64,000 nucleotides of DNA, taken from Octopus sinensis. Its lineage: Eukaryota. Position 1 is the first letter of the stretch. Each line of letters opens with the position of its first letter. This document shows, one piece after another, positions 1 through 12,400 of the stretch. The DNA lies in assembly GCF_006345805.1 (NCBI RefSeq), contig NW_021832857.1:32081-96080 (forward strand). The letters are read 5' to 3'. Under the pieces are notes generated by a model, which was not told where the DNA came from, made no database searches, and was given only the letters and a program-made list of their open reading frames with translations. Position numbers and translations under genes: made by a program.

Positions 1-605
1 AGCGAAGTCGATATAGAACCTCATCCGACGACAGACACCCATGCCAACCCCCCATGCTTGCGAAGACATGTTGGGGCAAGCGAAATCGAAATCGAAACCG
101 AATTGAACCAGCCAGGATCCCATGCCTGGTGGTACGTAAAAAGCACTATCCGACTCGTGGCCGTGGCACGTAAAATACTCCAATGCGACCGTACGACAGG
201 CACCCATGCCAACCTCCTTTGCTTGTGAAGACATGTTGGGGCAAGCGAAATCGAAATCGAATTGAACCAGCCAGGATCCCTGGTCTGGTGGTACGTAAAA
301 AGCACTATCCAACTCGTGGCCGATGCCAGCACCGCCTCGACTGGCTTCCGTGCCGGTGGCACATAAAATACACCAATCTGACCGTGGCCGTTGCCAGCCC
401 CGCCTGGCACCTGTGCAGGTGGCACGTAAAAAGCACCCACTACACTCACGGAGTGGTTGGCGTTAGGAAGGGCATCCAGCTGTAGAAACATTGCCAAATT
501 AGACTGGAGCCTGGTGCAGCCTTCTGGCTGCCCAGAACCCCGGTCGAACCGTCCAACCCATGCTAGCATGGAGAACGGACGTTAAACGACGATGATGATG
601 ATGAT

Positions 606-608
<3 letters not shown>
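1..608 (+). mobile_element. RTE-clade LINE 3' end with (GAT)n tail
   Basis: Ends ...gcatggagaacggacgttaaacgacgatgatgat. The same 3' sequence is found reverse-complemented on the RT-coding copy at 43954-46303. Confidence 0.8.
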
Positions 609-642
<34 letters not shown>

Positions 643-1724
643 TATTATATGATTGGATGCCATACATCCATTTCCAAGTAAGAATTAAGATATAAACTCA
701 AATTAGGCAATCATATTCGTATATTTATAAATTCAACTTAAAATGCGTATACATATATTAATACATATCAACACATATGAATATTAAAAAAAAAATATAT
801 ATATCTAAATATGCATAAAATACATGTAAATAAAGCCCATGTGGGATACATATGGGACGGATTTGACACACATGCACTGTCTCTCTCTCTCTCTCACATG
901 TAGGTACACATGTATACAGAGTACTTATCATTATATTTTAATCCACATTCTGTATAGACAGATGTAAATAATTTGTCTTAGCATAGAATATGATTGTGGA
1001 CAGGAAATGAGGGACCAACTGGACTGGTTTCAATGACTGACCACCTTCTTTACTTCTCCATCAAGACATTATTTAAGTAAACTGGACAGACCAGGCTGGA
1101 GATCTATTTCAGCAAGTTGGGTTAAAAGTCGGTTAGAATATGTAAATTCTGAAATCTGGTTTACTTAGGCAACGTCTCTGCCTACAGTTGAGGGAAGGAG
1201 GTTGGCACTGATGAAATCCCAAAACAGGACTGAAACCAGTTGAGTTGACCCCTCTCTTTATGTCCACAAATATATTGTAGACAACATGTTATTTCTCTAT
1301 ACATACGGTGTTGGTTAAAACCTATTTATATACACTCTGTAGCTCAGTATAGCATTGAAACAATGCATAATGCATTTATATATATGAATGTATGTGTATA
1401 TATATATATACACTCCCACAATGTCTAGAGTAACAAAGCCAGTTCTCTTCAACAGCATCACAGTTCTCTTTGTGGGACACAAAATATATAAAAACACAAC
1501 AGCACTTATTATAAGAGTGATGATTTGCTACGATCTGTGTAAACGCTGCACAAACTTGATAGATTCTATGAGAGACCTTACTGTTATGGATCAGATTCAG
1601 TGAGAATAAAATGATTATATCTTCATCTGAAAGGCTCTGTCTTCAATCTCCATTGGGCTCATTGTGTACCAGTCACATACTGGTGTTGATGTCATGAACT
1701 AAACATAAGACCATCTGTCTTACA

Positions 1725-2350
1725 CTATTGTTAAAATTCTGCCAAAGATAAGTTTGCCTTTCATCCTTTTAGGATTAGTAAAATAAGTACCAGTGAACTA
1801 TTGGGGTTGATGTAATCGACTAGTCCCTCCGCACCAAATTTCAGGCCTTGTGCCTTTAGTAGAAAGGATTATTATTATTATTATTATTGTTACTAAGGTG
1901 GCGAGCCGGCAGAATCGTTGGGACATTGAGTGAAATGCTTAGTGGTATTTTGTCTGTCATTACATTCTGAGTTCAAATTCCAATGAGGTCGACTTTACCT
2001 TTTCATCCTTTTGGGGTCGATAAAATTAATAAAGTTACACACTGGGGTCAATGTAATTGACTTAATCCCTTCTCCCAAATTCAAGGCCTTGTGCCTCCAG
2101 TAAAAAAGGATTATTATCATTATTATTATTACTATTATTTGTGGTGAGCTGGCAGAATCATTGGCATTCTGTGCAAAATGTTTTGTGGTATTTTGTCCAT
2201 CTGCATTTAACTGTGCCTTTCACCCTTTTGGGGTCAACAACATAAGTAGGAGTCAAGTGCTGGGATTGGTCATCAACTGGTCCTCTGCCCTCAAATTCCA
2301 GGAACTTGTGCCTATAGTAGAAAGGATTTTTATTATTATTATTATTATTA
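1725..2350 (+). mobile_element. Three head-to-tail copies of SINE family B with (ATT)n tails
   Basis: Repeated gagctggcagaatc...gttcaaattc...tttgcctttcatccttttggggtc...ggccttgtgcct...agaaaggattattatt. Confidence 0.8.
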
Positions 2351-3551
2351 TTGACAATGATGGCAGAAATGGTAGAGCTGGAGGTGACGATCCAGCTGTG
2401 GCCATCCTATATGTTTTCAGACTTTGTCTACCTTAGCTAATGCATTTGTCCATATCTAAGATACTAGAGGTGTGTTTTGTGGGAGGTTTGGCTGCTATTT
2501 CTGACAAATTTAGTGGCTGTATAGAAATGTGTTTCAGAATGCGTTATACATAGTTGTAGGAGTGTCTCTTGCTGACCTTACGCTGCTGTGGTAGCAACAA
2601 GTGTTGGACATCTTTTGGTGTTGTTGACCTGGGTGACACCATTGCACTGGACATTATATATATATATATTTATATATATTTGTATATTTATTTATATAGC
2701 CGTGTATTTGTATATCTATATATATCATGTTATGTCCATTGGAAGGGGGGAACGGTGTGAACTTGTTGATTCCCCGCCCCCATCCTGTTAAAAATAGACT
2801 GGTTTAATCACCATTCTTTAGTTTTTCTGTGTCAGATAATCAGCACGCAGTGTGTGTGTGTATACACACACACACAATATACATATATATATATATATGG
2901 CTGACACAGAAAAGGTTGAGGACAAAGAATAAGCAATACTATTTATGTAAGCAATAGAGGTGTGTGTGAGTGTTTCTGAGAAATTTTCTCCATGACAAAA
3001 TACAATGAATGGGTTCCTTACCGGTTCAAATATGCTGAAGCATATGTGAAATGTTAACAAGTTTGTACACACACACATGTACGTACGTATATAAATCTGT
3101 TGATTTATCGGAAGTGATAAAGGACAGGGATCAGTACAAACGTTGAGTATTCTTTAACCCGTTATAAATGAAAGGCTCTGATTTCCAGGACCCAAAGTTG
3201 CTCATTTCCAATCATCCATTTGTAAATTTTAGCCTGGTTTTCTTTTGAATATTCTCTGTTGGGAAATTTGTTTGAAATACAAAAGGAAAGTTTGAAGCAA
3301 ATGCTTCTCTTTCTCTCCTGATGATTCAACACTTTTGTGAACGACTTCAAGGTTACAACCTTTCATTTCATTTCTGATTCTCATGGCAATATTATCAGAA
3401 ACATCATAAATTCCATAGAATTGAAGTCATGAAACTGTGCCCCAAGTTAATGTTTTTAAAACCAATCATTCTGCACCTGTGCAGACCCCTACATATATAT
3501 CGACGGACACACATGGGGACACACATATGTTCACAAAATTAAATTCCTGTA

Positions 3552-3943
3552 TTCTTTTACTTGTTTCAATCATTTTTGACAGCGGCCATGCTGGAGCACT
3601 GCTTTAAAGAGTTTTTCAGTCAAAGAAATTTTACTCCCAGGACTTATGTTTTGTAAGCCTGGTACTTATTCTATCAGTCTCTTTTGCCAAACCGTTAAGT
3701 TACGGGGACGTAAATACACTAACATCAGTTGTCAAGTGATGGTGGTGGGGGGACAAATACAGACACACACATACATATAGATATATATACGATGGGCTTC
3801 TTTCAGTTTCCATCTACCACATTCACTCACAAGGCTTTGGTCAGCCTAAGGTTATAGTAGAAGACACTTGCCCAAGGTGTTACACAGTGGGACTGAACCT
3901 GAAACCATGTGGTTGGGAAGCAAGCTTCTTACCACACAGCCAC
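3552..3943 (-). mobile_element. tRNA-derived SINE family A, near full length. Partial copies at 6791-7357, 12973-13120, 17195-17463, 21040-21350, 41021-41155, 53841-53978 (-) and 37826-37978, 42798-42890 (+)
   Basis: Head gtggctgtgtggtaagaagcttgcttcccaaccacatggtt..ggttcagtccc with A/B-box-like motifs; many dispersed copies in the window. Confidence 0.85.
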
Positions 3944-4079
3944 ATCTGTGCCTTATTCGTGAGAGATATATATATATATATATATATATACACCTATATA
4001 CAACCACACATGCTTGTATACATATACTCACACACACACATGCACATATTAAAACAGATATCAATGTAACCCATTAATT

Positions 4080-4354
4080 AAACATGTCAAAAGTTAATGA
4101 TTTTTTTTTCTGAACCAAAATAAAAACTCAAGGAAACTTGTTTTTGTACAAGAGATACTCAGCCACTTGCACACGAACCATTGACAGTTCATTTCTTTTG
4201 TTCAAAGTGTTGGTGACTTGAATTAAAATCCTTAGATTTTCGCTCAAAGATTTCACTGCATTTTTGATTTCAAGATCCCATTCCTCTGAGGTTGCACATT
4301 TTCTACAAGGGACCAAGTAATTTTGAATTCACGAGGATTTGTCACACACTGTAT
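4080..4354 (-). mobile_element. Possible Tc1/mariner-like remnant
   Basis: Terminus TA-cagtgtgtgacaaa on the minus strand; ORF 4128..4316 loosely resembles a transposase C-terminus. Confidence 0.3.
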
Positions 4355-4393
4355 AAACTTTGGGTGTATATATAAATGTGTGTGTATGCATTA

Positions 4394-5032
4394 GTATGGT
4401 CATGTGATGCATATGAATGAGGACACCTGTGTAAAGAAGTGCCGATTTCTAACTGTAGCGGGAACCTGTGGTAGAGGTAGACCCAGGAAGAAATGGGACA
4501 AAGTGGTGAAGCATGATCTTCGAATTTTGAGCCTCACAGAGGCAATGACTTGTGACCAAGACCTTTAGTGGTATACTGTATTTGAGAAGACCATCAAGCT
4601 AATTGAAATTGTAGTCATGGCCAATGGTGGTGTGATGTAACTGGCACCCATGTTGGTGGCATGTAAAGAGCATCTTCTGAGCATTGGGCCTCATGGAGAC
4701 AAAATGTTAGTTCCTTTCGAGCAATGGGCCTCACAGAGGCAATGACCGAGACCTTTGGCATTAAGTCATGCTTGAGAAGAGGACCCATCTAGCCAAGCAA
4801 AATCGCAGTTGTGGCAGATACTGGTGTCACACAAATGGCACCTGTGCCAGTGGAACGTAAAAGCACTCATTACACTGTTGGAGTGGTTGGCATTAGGAAG
4901 TGCATCCAGCTGTAGAAAACCGTGCCAAATCAGACTGGAGTCTGGTGCAACCTTCCAGCTTACCAGCCCTGGTCAAATTATCCAACCCATGCCAGCATGG
5001 ACAACGTATATTAAATGATGATGATGATGATG
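4394..5032 (+). mobile_element. 5'-truncated RTE LINE
   Basis: Degenerate C-terminal peptide (YGHVMHMNEDTCVKKC...GTCGRGRPRKKWDKVVKHDL), family 3' UTR and (GAT)n tail. Confidence 0.8.
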
Positions 5033-6274
5033 GAGTGATGTATTTCTAGTGAAATTTGATATCAGCCTGTTGTGATTGATAATATCTCTCTGGTTGTTAT
5101 ATTACTTTATATACACCCAGAGGCCACACACCAGTTGAGCCCTGGATCTTGCTTCTTCCCCTGTCATTGTCCCCCCCCCCTCCACCAATACCACTTTGTA
5201 GGTTCTGCTGTGTTAAGGCCGCTTGGTTGGACAGTATCCTAGAAGATACAGTGATGTGGTGGTATTCATGATTTGACTAGGACAATATGGGATTCAGTCT
5301 CTACAAGGCTTAGGAACAGCATCACAGAAACTAAAGTGATGTGGTGGTGTTCATTCCTTCAAGGCTAATCAAATCTTTGCTATTTATGGCACTCCTTCAA
5401 GGAAACCCTATTGTGTGGTATTCCCTCCACTAGAACTAGACCCCTTCATGGGATCAATGGAAATTGTGTGGAAGTCCTTCAAATGGATTTTACCTATTGT
5501 TTCATGATGGATGTCATCTGCTGGCCACCACCACCTAGATGTCTTAAGGGGTGAGGCATTATTCCATTGGCTGAGGTGTGAGGATGCTTCTTATGATAAC
5601 TTGCCCCTTATATCAAAACAACCCCTTATTCACAGGGAATCTGCAAACTTTGTTTTCTGACTGAGCTTCCCTGTCCATGGTAGTGCAGTGTACTTCACCA
5701 TGGTACCAATTGACAGCAAGTTGACCTGCAGCAATTATTGTAGTCTTCTACCCGTGAATAATATTCTTCCTCCAAAACAGAATTCTGTAATTAGAGTATC
5801 AATTCCAGATTAATTAAAAACTCTGATTTAATTAAAAATTTCTAATCATGAATGTAGTCTCCAGTTTTCACTGACTCCCCCCTCCACCTCCCTTTCTGGA
5901 AGGATCTTCCCATCTCTAAACTTAGGTTCTATAAAATCATCTTTCACTAATTAATCTTGTTAGTTAATTATAATTTAATTAGAGATATATATATACAGCC
6001 TCTCTCTTGAATCTGTTTAAGGAGGTTTGTAATTAAGTGAAATTGTAATTAACATAATTATGTGATTTGTGTAAATATTGGAATAGAAGTGGTCAGTAGG
6101 AGAAGGGAAGAGGAAAGTTGTAATACATTTGTGATGTATATACATATACATACATGCACCTATACACACACATACACTACGTATATGAGGACAGTGTTGG
6201 CAAATTGTGATATAATTTGTGATGTATACATGCACGCACATACATAGTGTATGTGTGTGTGTATATATATATGC

Positions 6275-6460
6275 CATCGTCTGTTTTAATGTCTGTTTTT
6301 CCATGCTGGCATGGGTTGGATGGTTTGACAAGAGCTAGCAAGGCCAGGAGCCACATCAGGCTCCAGTGTCTGTTTTGGCAGGGTTTCTACAGCTGGATGC
6401 CCTTCCTAACACCAACCACTTTACAAAGTGGACTGGGTGCTTTTTACATGGCACCAGCAC
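6275..6460 (-). mobile_element. Short RTE 3'-end fragment. Similar short copies at 9338-9580, 14163-14410, 37997-38442, 39704-39838 (-) and 23600-23783, 36885-37036 (+)
   Basis: Shared core ccatgctggcatgggttgga...ctacagctggatgcccttcctaa. Confidence 0.75.
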
Positions 6461-8019
6461 CAAAGTTTTAGTGTCATCAGAAAGAACAGTGATAGTGCGA
6501 CTAACATCAGTTATGGAATTGGCAAAGCCACTGCCGTATTCCAGAGAATGTGTGCTGTCTGCTCCTCCAACACCATCAGCTCTGGGTCACAATGATCCCC
6601 CAAAATGTCATTTGATTCTTGATGGAATATTTCCTCACTTTTTCTGGATTTCTGGAATTCATTTAAAGAAGAATCTTGTCAAGAATTTCTGGGAAACAAT
6701 GGCAGAGAACCCTAAAAGAATTCTCTCCAATTTACTTAAAATCTCTTGATTGGGGGGGGGGGGATATCTAAAAATTAATTTTATCTTTTTCTTGTTTCTG
6801 TCATTGGACAGTGGTCATGCTGGAGCACTGCCTTCAAGGGTTTATTTGAACAAATTGACCTCTACCTACTTTTAAGCCTGGTACTTATTCTGTCAGTCTC
6901 ATTGAGTTACAAAGGCACAAACAAGCCAAGTGGTGATGAGGGACAGACACAAAGATGTGCACAAACACTCAAACATTATTCTTATAAATTTTCCATGAAG
7001 ATCTTCTCTGGGTTTGTAAATGTTTTCTCAAATAAACTTGCACTTCATTTTAGAAGCTCTGAGAAAGCTGTAAGGTAATGCACAAGCATGCAGCTTTGAG
7101 TGCAGTGCATCTTGTAGCAGAAACGGGTGTAAGCTGATGAAGTTGATTATATAATTCTAGTTTCCTTGTCATTTATTTACTTTCACATAAAAAGAGAGAG
7201 AGAGAAAGACTTCTTTCAGTCTTTGCCTACCAAATCCACTGACAAGGCTTTGGTTGGCCTAGGGCCATAGTAGAAGACACTTACTCGAAGTGCTACACAG
7301 TGGGACTGAACCTGGAACCATGTTATTGGGAAGCAAGCGTCTTCCCACACAGCCACATCATGAAAGACTTGGCAGCGTATCTGTTAAAACGAGGTCAGAT
7401 TGAGATATTTTCTGGATCTCTGAAACAAGATACCAAGGAAATGGTCTGCTGGAATTCCTGAAGAATTCTCTTGGAGTCGGTTACCTGATTCTCTTCTAAA
7501 TATTGTTAAATATGTTAAATATTTGTAAAACCCCATTTCTGATTCTTTACTGTTGATATCTAAAGTGTCAGACTTTCTCATAAAACTGGAATATTGCAGG
7601 TAAATTGTCGTTAAGGTTTGAGTTACAGGTGAAAACACTGTGGAGTGTTGGTGGGGAGAACATCTGGTTTGTTGGCCTAAATTGAAAATTGGGGGAGAGA
7701 AAATGTTGAAATCTGAACTGTTGGAGCATCGGATGTATTCATTATCATCATCACTGTCATAATCATCAACAGTATTTTTACGTTCTATCTCTCTGCGTTG
7801 CCATGGGATACACAAAACTTTTTGAGGGAGATTTTCTATTGATGGATGTCCTTCCTGTGGCCAAGCCTTACCTGTTTCCAAGTAAGGTAATATTGCCCCA
7901 TGGCTAGACATGTTTTCATGGATGATTGGAAATGATGGGAACAATCATTTACAATTACCACATGATATCAAGACAAAGAGTTACACACACACACACCCAC
8001 ACACACGAGGCTTGCCATC

Positions 8020-8500
8020 AAGAGAGCCTCTGTGTACAAGAAATAGCAGCCATATCTCCCTCAAAACATTAACATCATTAAAAAGGTGTAGTGGACACAT
8101 TAGGTGATGTATTTTTGATGTGTTGGTCATGGATAGAATGTCAATGATCATGGGCCTGAAGTTGGTAATTGTTGACCTGGGGCTAAACAACAACACATCA
8201 AAGCAGAGAGCAGAAGACAGGGTTTCACTTCTCACCTGCTGCCACCTCCTTACCTTTAGTTACTATATCAACAAGAGTGGGGTTGGCAGGAAATGATGGG
8301 AAATGGGAGGGGTCTGGTGTAGTTGTTTAGCCCCAGGTCTGTCCTTATCGAACGGATCTATGTTCAAAGATGTTCCAATCATGACCATCCCATTGGACTA
8401 CAGTATCCAATGTGTTTACCTCTTTTTGAGAGGACAGTGTGCCATTCGAGGAAATATGGTTGCTATTTCTAGCTTGATGAACAACCACATAGAGGCTCCT
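8020..8500. repeat. Inverted pair of a (CAA)n-tailed repeat (family E). More copies at 10915-11320, 17000-17060, 19400-19480, 52455-52720
   Basis: aagaaatagcagcc...ggggctaaacaacaac (8038-8194) followed by its reverse complement ttgtttagccccagg...ttgctatttctagc (8323-8472). Confidence 0.7.
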
Positions 8501-8946
8501 TTATTAGAATGTTTGTGTGTGTTTGTGGACCTATTCCTGTGTGGGTGTATTGTCTTCCTCAGCTGTGAGTTGAACCTCTCTTCCCCCCGATTCACTCTCC
8601 ACCACCACCACCACCATTGTCACCACCATGAACATTAAATATCTTAGAGTCAACTTTATTGAACTGTGAGATCAATACAGCTAATATTTGATATAAGTAG
8701 CTTAGTAATGATGACGATGGTGGTGATGGTGGTGGTTGAGTGATCGCTAGGTGTTGGCTTATCTCCCATCTCACAACATCCAGATTAAACTCTGTTCAGC
8801 TCTGTTGACCTCTGACAATCAACACCCATGACCCTCCTTCCTCACATTTATTGATTGCTCACTACCTCTACTTTTCCGCCACACCCAGCAACTATCTCCA
8901 CACAAACAGCATTGCTGCAACCCATATCTATGAGTGTATGCTTGTG

Positions 8947-8954
8947 TGCGTGCG

Positions 8955-9024
<70 letters not shown>

Positions 9025-9097
9025 TATATATATATATACACACACACACATATATATATATACACACACACACATATATATATATACACACACACAC

Positions 9098-9140
<43 letters not shown>

Positions 9141-9199
9141 CACACACACACATATATATATATACACACACACACATATATATATATACACACACACAC

Positions 9200-9234
<35 letters not shown>

Positions 9235-9240
9235 TATATT
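8947..9240. repeat. Compound higher-order microsatellite [(CA)4-7(TA)5-8]n
   Basis: About 22-bp units repeated roughly a dozen times; source of the spurious YIYTHTH/CVCVYIY ORFs. Confidence 0.95.
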
Positions 9241-9691
9241 TATAACAGTTCCATTATATGTAGAATCTACAAAAAAGTACTCTTTCCAGAAAGAGATAAA
9301 TATCATTTAATATACACAATTGTATGTATATCACCACCATCATTTAACGTCCGTTGTCCATGCTGGCATGGGTTGGACAGTTTAACCAGGGCCGGCAAGC
9401 TGAAAGGCTGCACCAGACTCCAGTCTGATTTGGCATGGTTTCTATGGCTGGATGTCCTTCCTAATGCTAACCACTCTGAGAGTGTAGTGGGTGCTTCTAC
9501 GTACCACCAGCATGGGTGCCATTTGCATGACACCAGTATCTGCCATGACTGCGGTTTTCCTTGGCTTGATGGGTCTTCATCTCAAATATATATATATCTC
9601 TCAAATATATATATATATATATATATATTTAGAGTGTTTGAAGTGGTGTACAAGTATTGTATATCAAGAAAAAGAAGGTAGTCAGAATTTT

Positions 9692-9814
9692 GGATAATTC
9701 TTTGTTAGCACTTTCGTTTGTTTATCAAACTCATCAAAACAAAATCAGAATGGTCATTTGATTTTGTTTTGACAAGTTTGATAAACGAATGAAGGCTCTA
9801 ATAAAGAATCATCC
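9692..9814. other. Near-palindrome made of two degenerate hammerhead-ribozyme-like motifs (Penelope-like terminal repeat?)
   Basis: Arms 9700-9746 and 9760-9806 are inverted with 39/47 identity. The minus arm reads TGATGA-GTTTG-ataaa-CAAAC-GAAA-GTGC-TA. Confidence 0.55.
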
Positions 9815-9996
9815 ATTAAGGCAAAGGCAAACATCTCAAGTTGTATACAATATTATATATCTGCTGCATCAGAAATCTGCAATGGCTCCATAACTATCGT
9901 CTCAGCTGTAACTTTGGAGCCCTCGTAATCCATTACAGCACTTACCTGGCGTACCTAATCATTTAGATCACCTGTGAACTAAACCTTCATACTTTG

Positions 9997-10034
<38 letters not shown>

Positions 10035-10036
<2 letters not shown>

Positions 10037-10908
10037 CATCATCGTCGTCTTTTAATATCTTCTTTCCATGGACTGAGAACTGGCAAGCCAGAAGGCTGCA
10101 CCAGGCTCCGATCTGATCTGGCAATGTTTCTACAGCTGGATGCCCTTCCTAATGCCAACCACTCCGACAATGTAGTCGGTGCTTTTTACGTACCACCAGC
10201 ACAAGGGTAAATCAGGCAGTACTGGCATCGACTACACTTGAATGGTGCTTTTTATGTGCCAGCAGCATGGGGGCCAGTTAAGCAGCACTGTCAACAAACA
10301 CACTTGAATGGTGCTTTTTAAGTACCATCGACACTGGTGCCAATCAGGCAGTACTGTCATCAGTCTCGACAATGACTTCACTTGCCTCAACAGGTCTTCG
10401 CTAGTGCAGTTTATTGCCCAATGATTGAAGGGTACTCTTAAATGGGTTGGTTATGCTGCACTAGCATAGGCATTGCTTATGGTCTCACTTAGCTTGCTGG
10501 GTCTTCTCAAGCACTGCATATCTCCAATGGTCTTCATCACTTGTCATCGCCTCAGTGAGTCCAAACGTTTGAAGGTCGTGCTTCACCACTTCATCCCAGG
10601 TCTTCTTTGGTCTACCTCTTCCACAGGTTCCCTCTACTGCTAGGGTGTGACACTTCTTCACACCACTCTCCTCATCCATATGCATCGCATGACCATAACA
10701 GCGCAGTCGTCTCTCTTGCACACCGCATCTGATGCTTCTTAGGTCCAACATTTCCCTCAGGGTGCTTACACTCTGTCATGTATGTACACTGACATTATAC
10801 ATCCAGCAGATCATACTAGCTTCATTTCTTTCAAGCCTACGCATATCTTCAGCAGTCACAGCCCATATTTCACTGCCATGTAGCATGGCTGTTTACACAC
10901 ATTCCTCA
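10035..10908 (-). mobile_element. 5'-truncated RTE LINE
   Basis: ORF 10485..10751 (RRLRCYGHAMHMDEESGVKKCHTLAVEGTCGRGRPKKTWDEVVKHDL) plus 3' UTR and (ATC)n tail on the + strand. Confidence 0.85.
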
Positions 10909-11859
10909 TAGAAAAGACTGGATGGTCATAGCTGGAACATCTTTGATCATTGGTCTGTTGGATCAAGACTGACCTTGGGCTAAACAACAACGGAGACCAC
11001 ATTAAATAAAACTGAATGGAAAAATGGGATGGTCATAACTGGAACATTTTTGATCATTGGACTGACCTGGGGGACAAACAACAACAATGGAGGACACATT
11101 AGATAATGTAGTCCTAGATGCACTTATGTCTGAATAAAAAATTGGAAGGTCATGGCTGGAACGTCTTTAACCACTGAATTGTAGCTGACTTGGAGCTATA
11201 ACACAGAAGGACACCCTGGATAATGTAATTGTTGTTTAGCTGTAGGTCAGTCCTGATTCAGTAGATCAATGATCAAAGATGTTCCAGCCATGACCATTCC
11301 ATCTTTTATTCAAACATAAGGATAACTCACTGGCATTCCACTAGTTATGACAATGAATCTTCCTTTTGATCTGATCAACAGAAGAGACTGCACATGAGAT
11401 TAACTTGCAAGTGGCTGAAGACACCACAGACAGTTGTACCCTTAATGTAGTTCTCAGGGTGATTCAGCACGACACGGAATATGACCAGACTGGGCCCTTT
11501 GAATTACTGGTACAACTCATTTTTGCTAACTGAGTGGACTGGAATATAATGTGTTTCTTAAGGACACAACGCACAGCCGGGAATTGAACTCATGACTTTA
11601 TGATTGACTTTTCCTTCACCACTAAACCACAGGCCTTTTTGGACTACATTGTCTAATGTCTCTTTGCTGTATCTCTTAGAAGTCCGGTGTTGATTAGTTC
11701 TTACTGACTGTGATCATCTCTGACTTGGTTGCTGATATTTCACTTGTTAGAACCAGGGGCTTCTCTCCTGGGGTCCTATTTCCACACATATCATTCAAAA
11801 ACTAATTCTAAATTACAAAACCACCTTAAAGACTTTTTCTAAGAAATTATAAGAATTGG

Positions 11860-12400
11860 TCAGCCAAAATCATCAGCTTCTGGAGAAACAGAATGAAATT
11901 GTAGAAGAAATAAAGTGAAAGGAGTTGCTCTTGATGGAATTTTCATGAAGAGATTAGATTAAAAAAATGGTTTTTGTTTCTCATTTTAGACAAGGAATTT
12001 CAATGTTGATGGAATTAGAGAAAAATTTGGGATTAACAGAAGAATTAAAAAAGAAATAAGAACTTTGAAAAATTCAATATTTCTTTAGAGTGATATACAT
12101 GTTGAAGTAAGCAGAGATACATCAATGTAAATGGACACCAATTTGGTAAAGCCCGGAATTTCAATGGGATCCAAATTTATGGAAGTTTATCTGCTGAAAA
12201 ATCATTATTGAACTTTGAGAAACTTTCTGACTTCAGCTTTGGCTTGGCAACAAATCTTGTTTCAGTGGTAAATGATAGAACAAGTGCCAGCGTTCATTTT
12301 GGTAACACTGTTAATTGTGAGCATTAATTGTGTTACATCAATTTCATTTGGCTGTGATGGTCTTTACAGGAAAACTGAATCTAATTGTGATGAAGCAAAT
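11860..12400 (+). mobile_element. Decayed hAT-like transposase fragment
   Basis: Frame from 12121 reads INVNGHQFGKARNFNGIQIYGSLSAEKS...FGLATNLVSVVNDRTSASVHFGNTVNCEH*LCY, then HLAV after a frameshift. Resembles hAT motifs (TDGASV...QLCxAHxxHLAV). Confidence 0.55.

Noticed and set aside
8819-9681. Long ORFs in several frames (up to 276 aa) rich in YIYTHTH or CVCVYIY
   Set aside because: Translations of stop-free dinucleotide microsatellites. The same applies to most ORFs in the track (43140-43734, 54419-55440, 57472-58203 and others).
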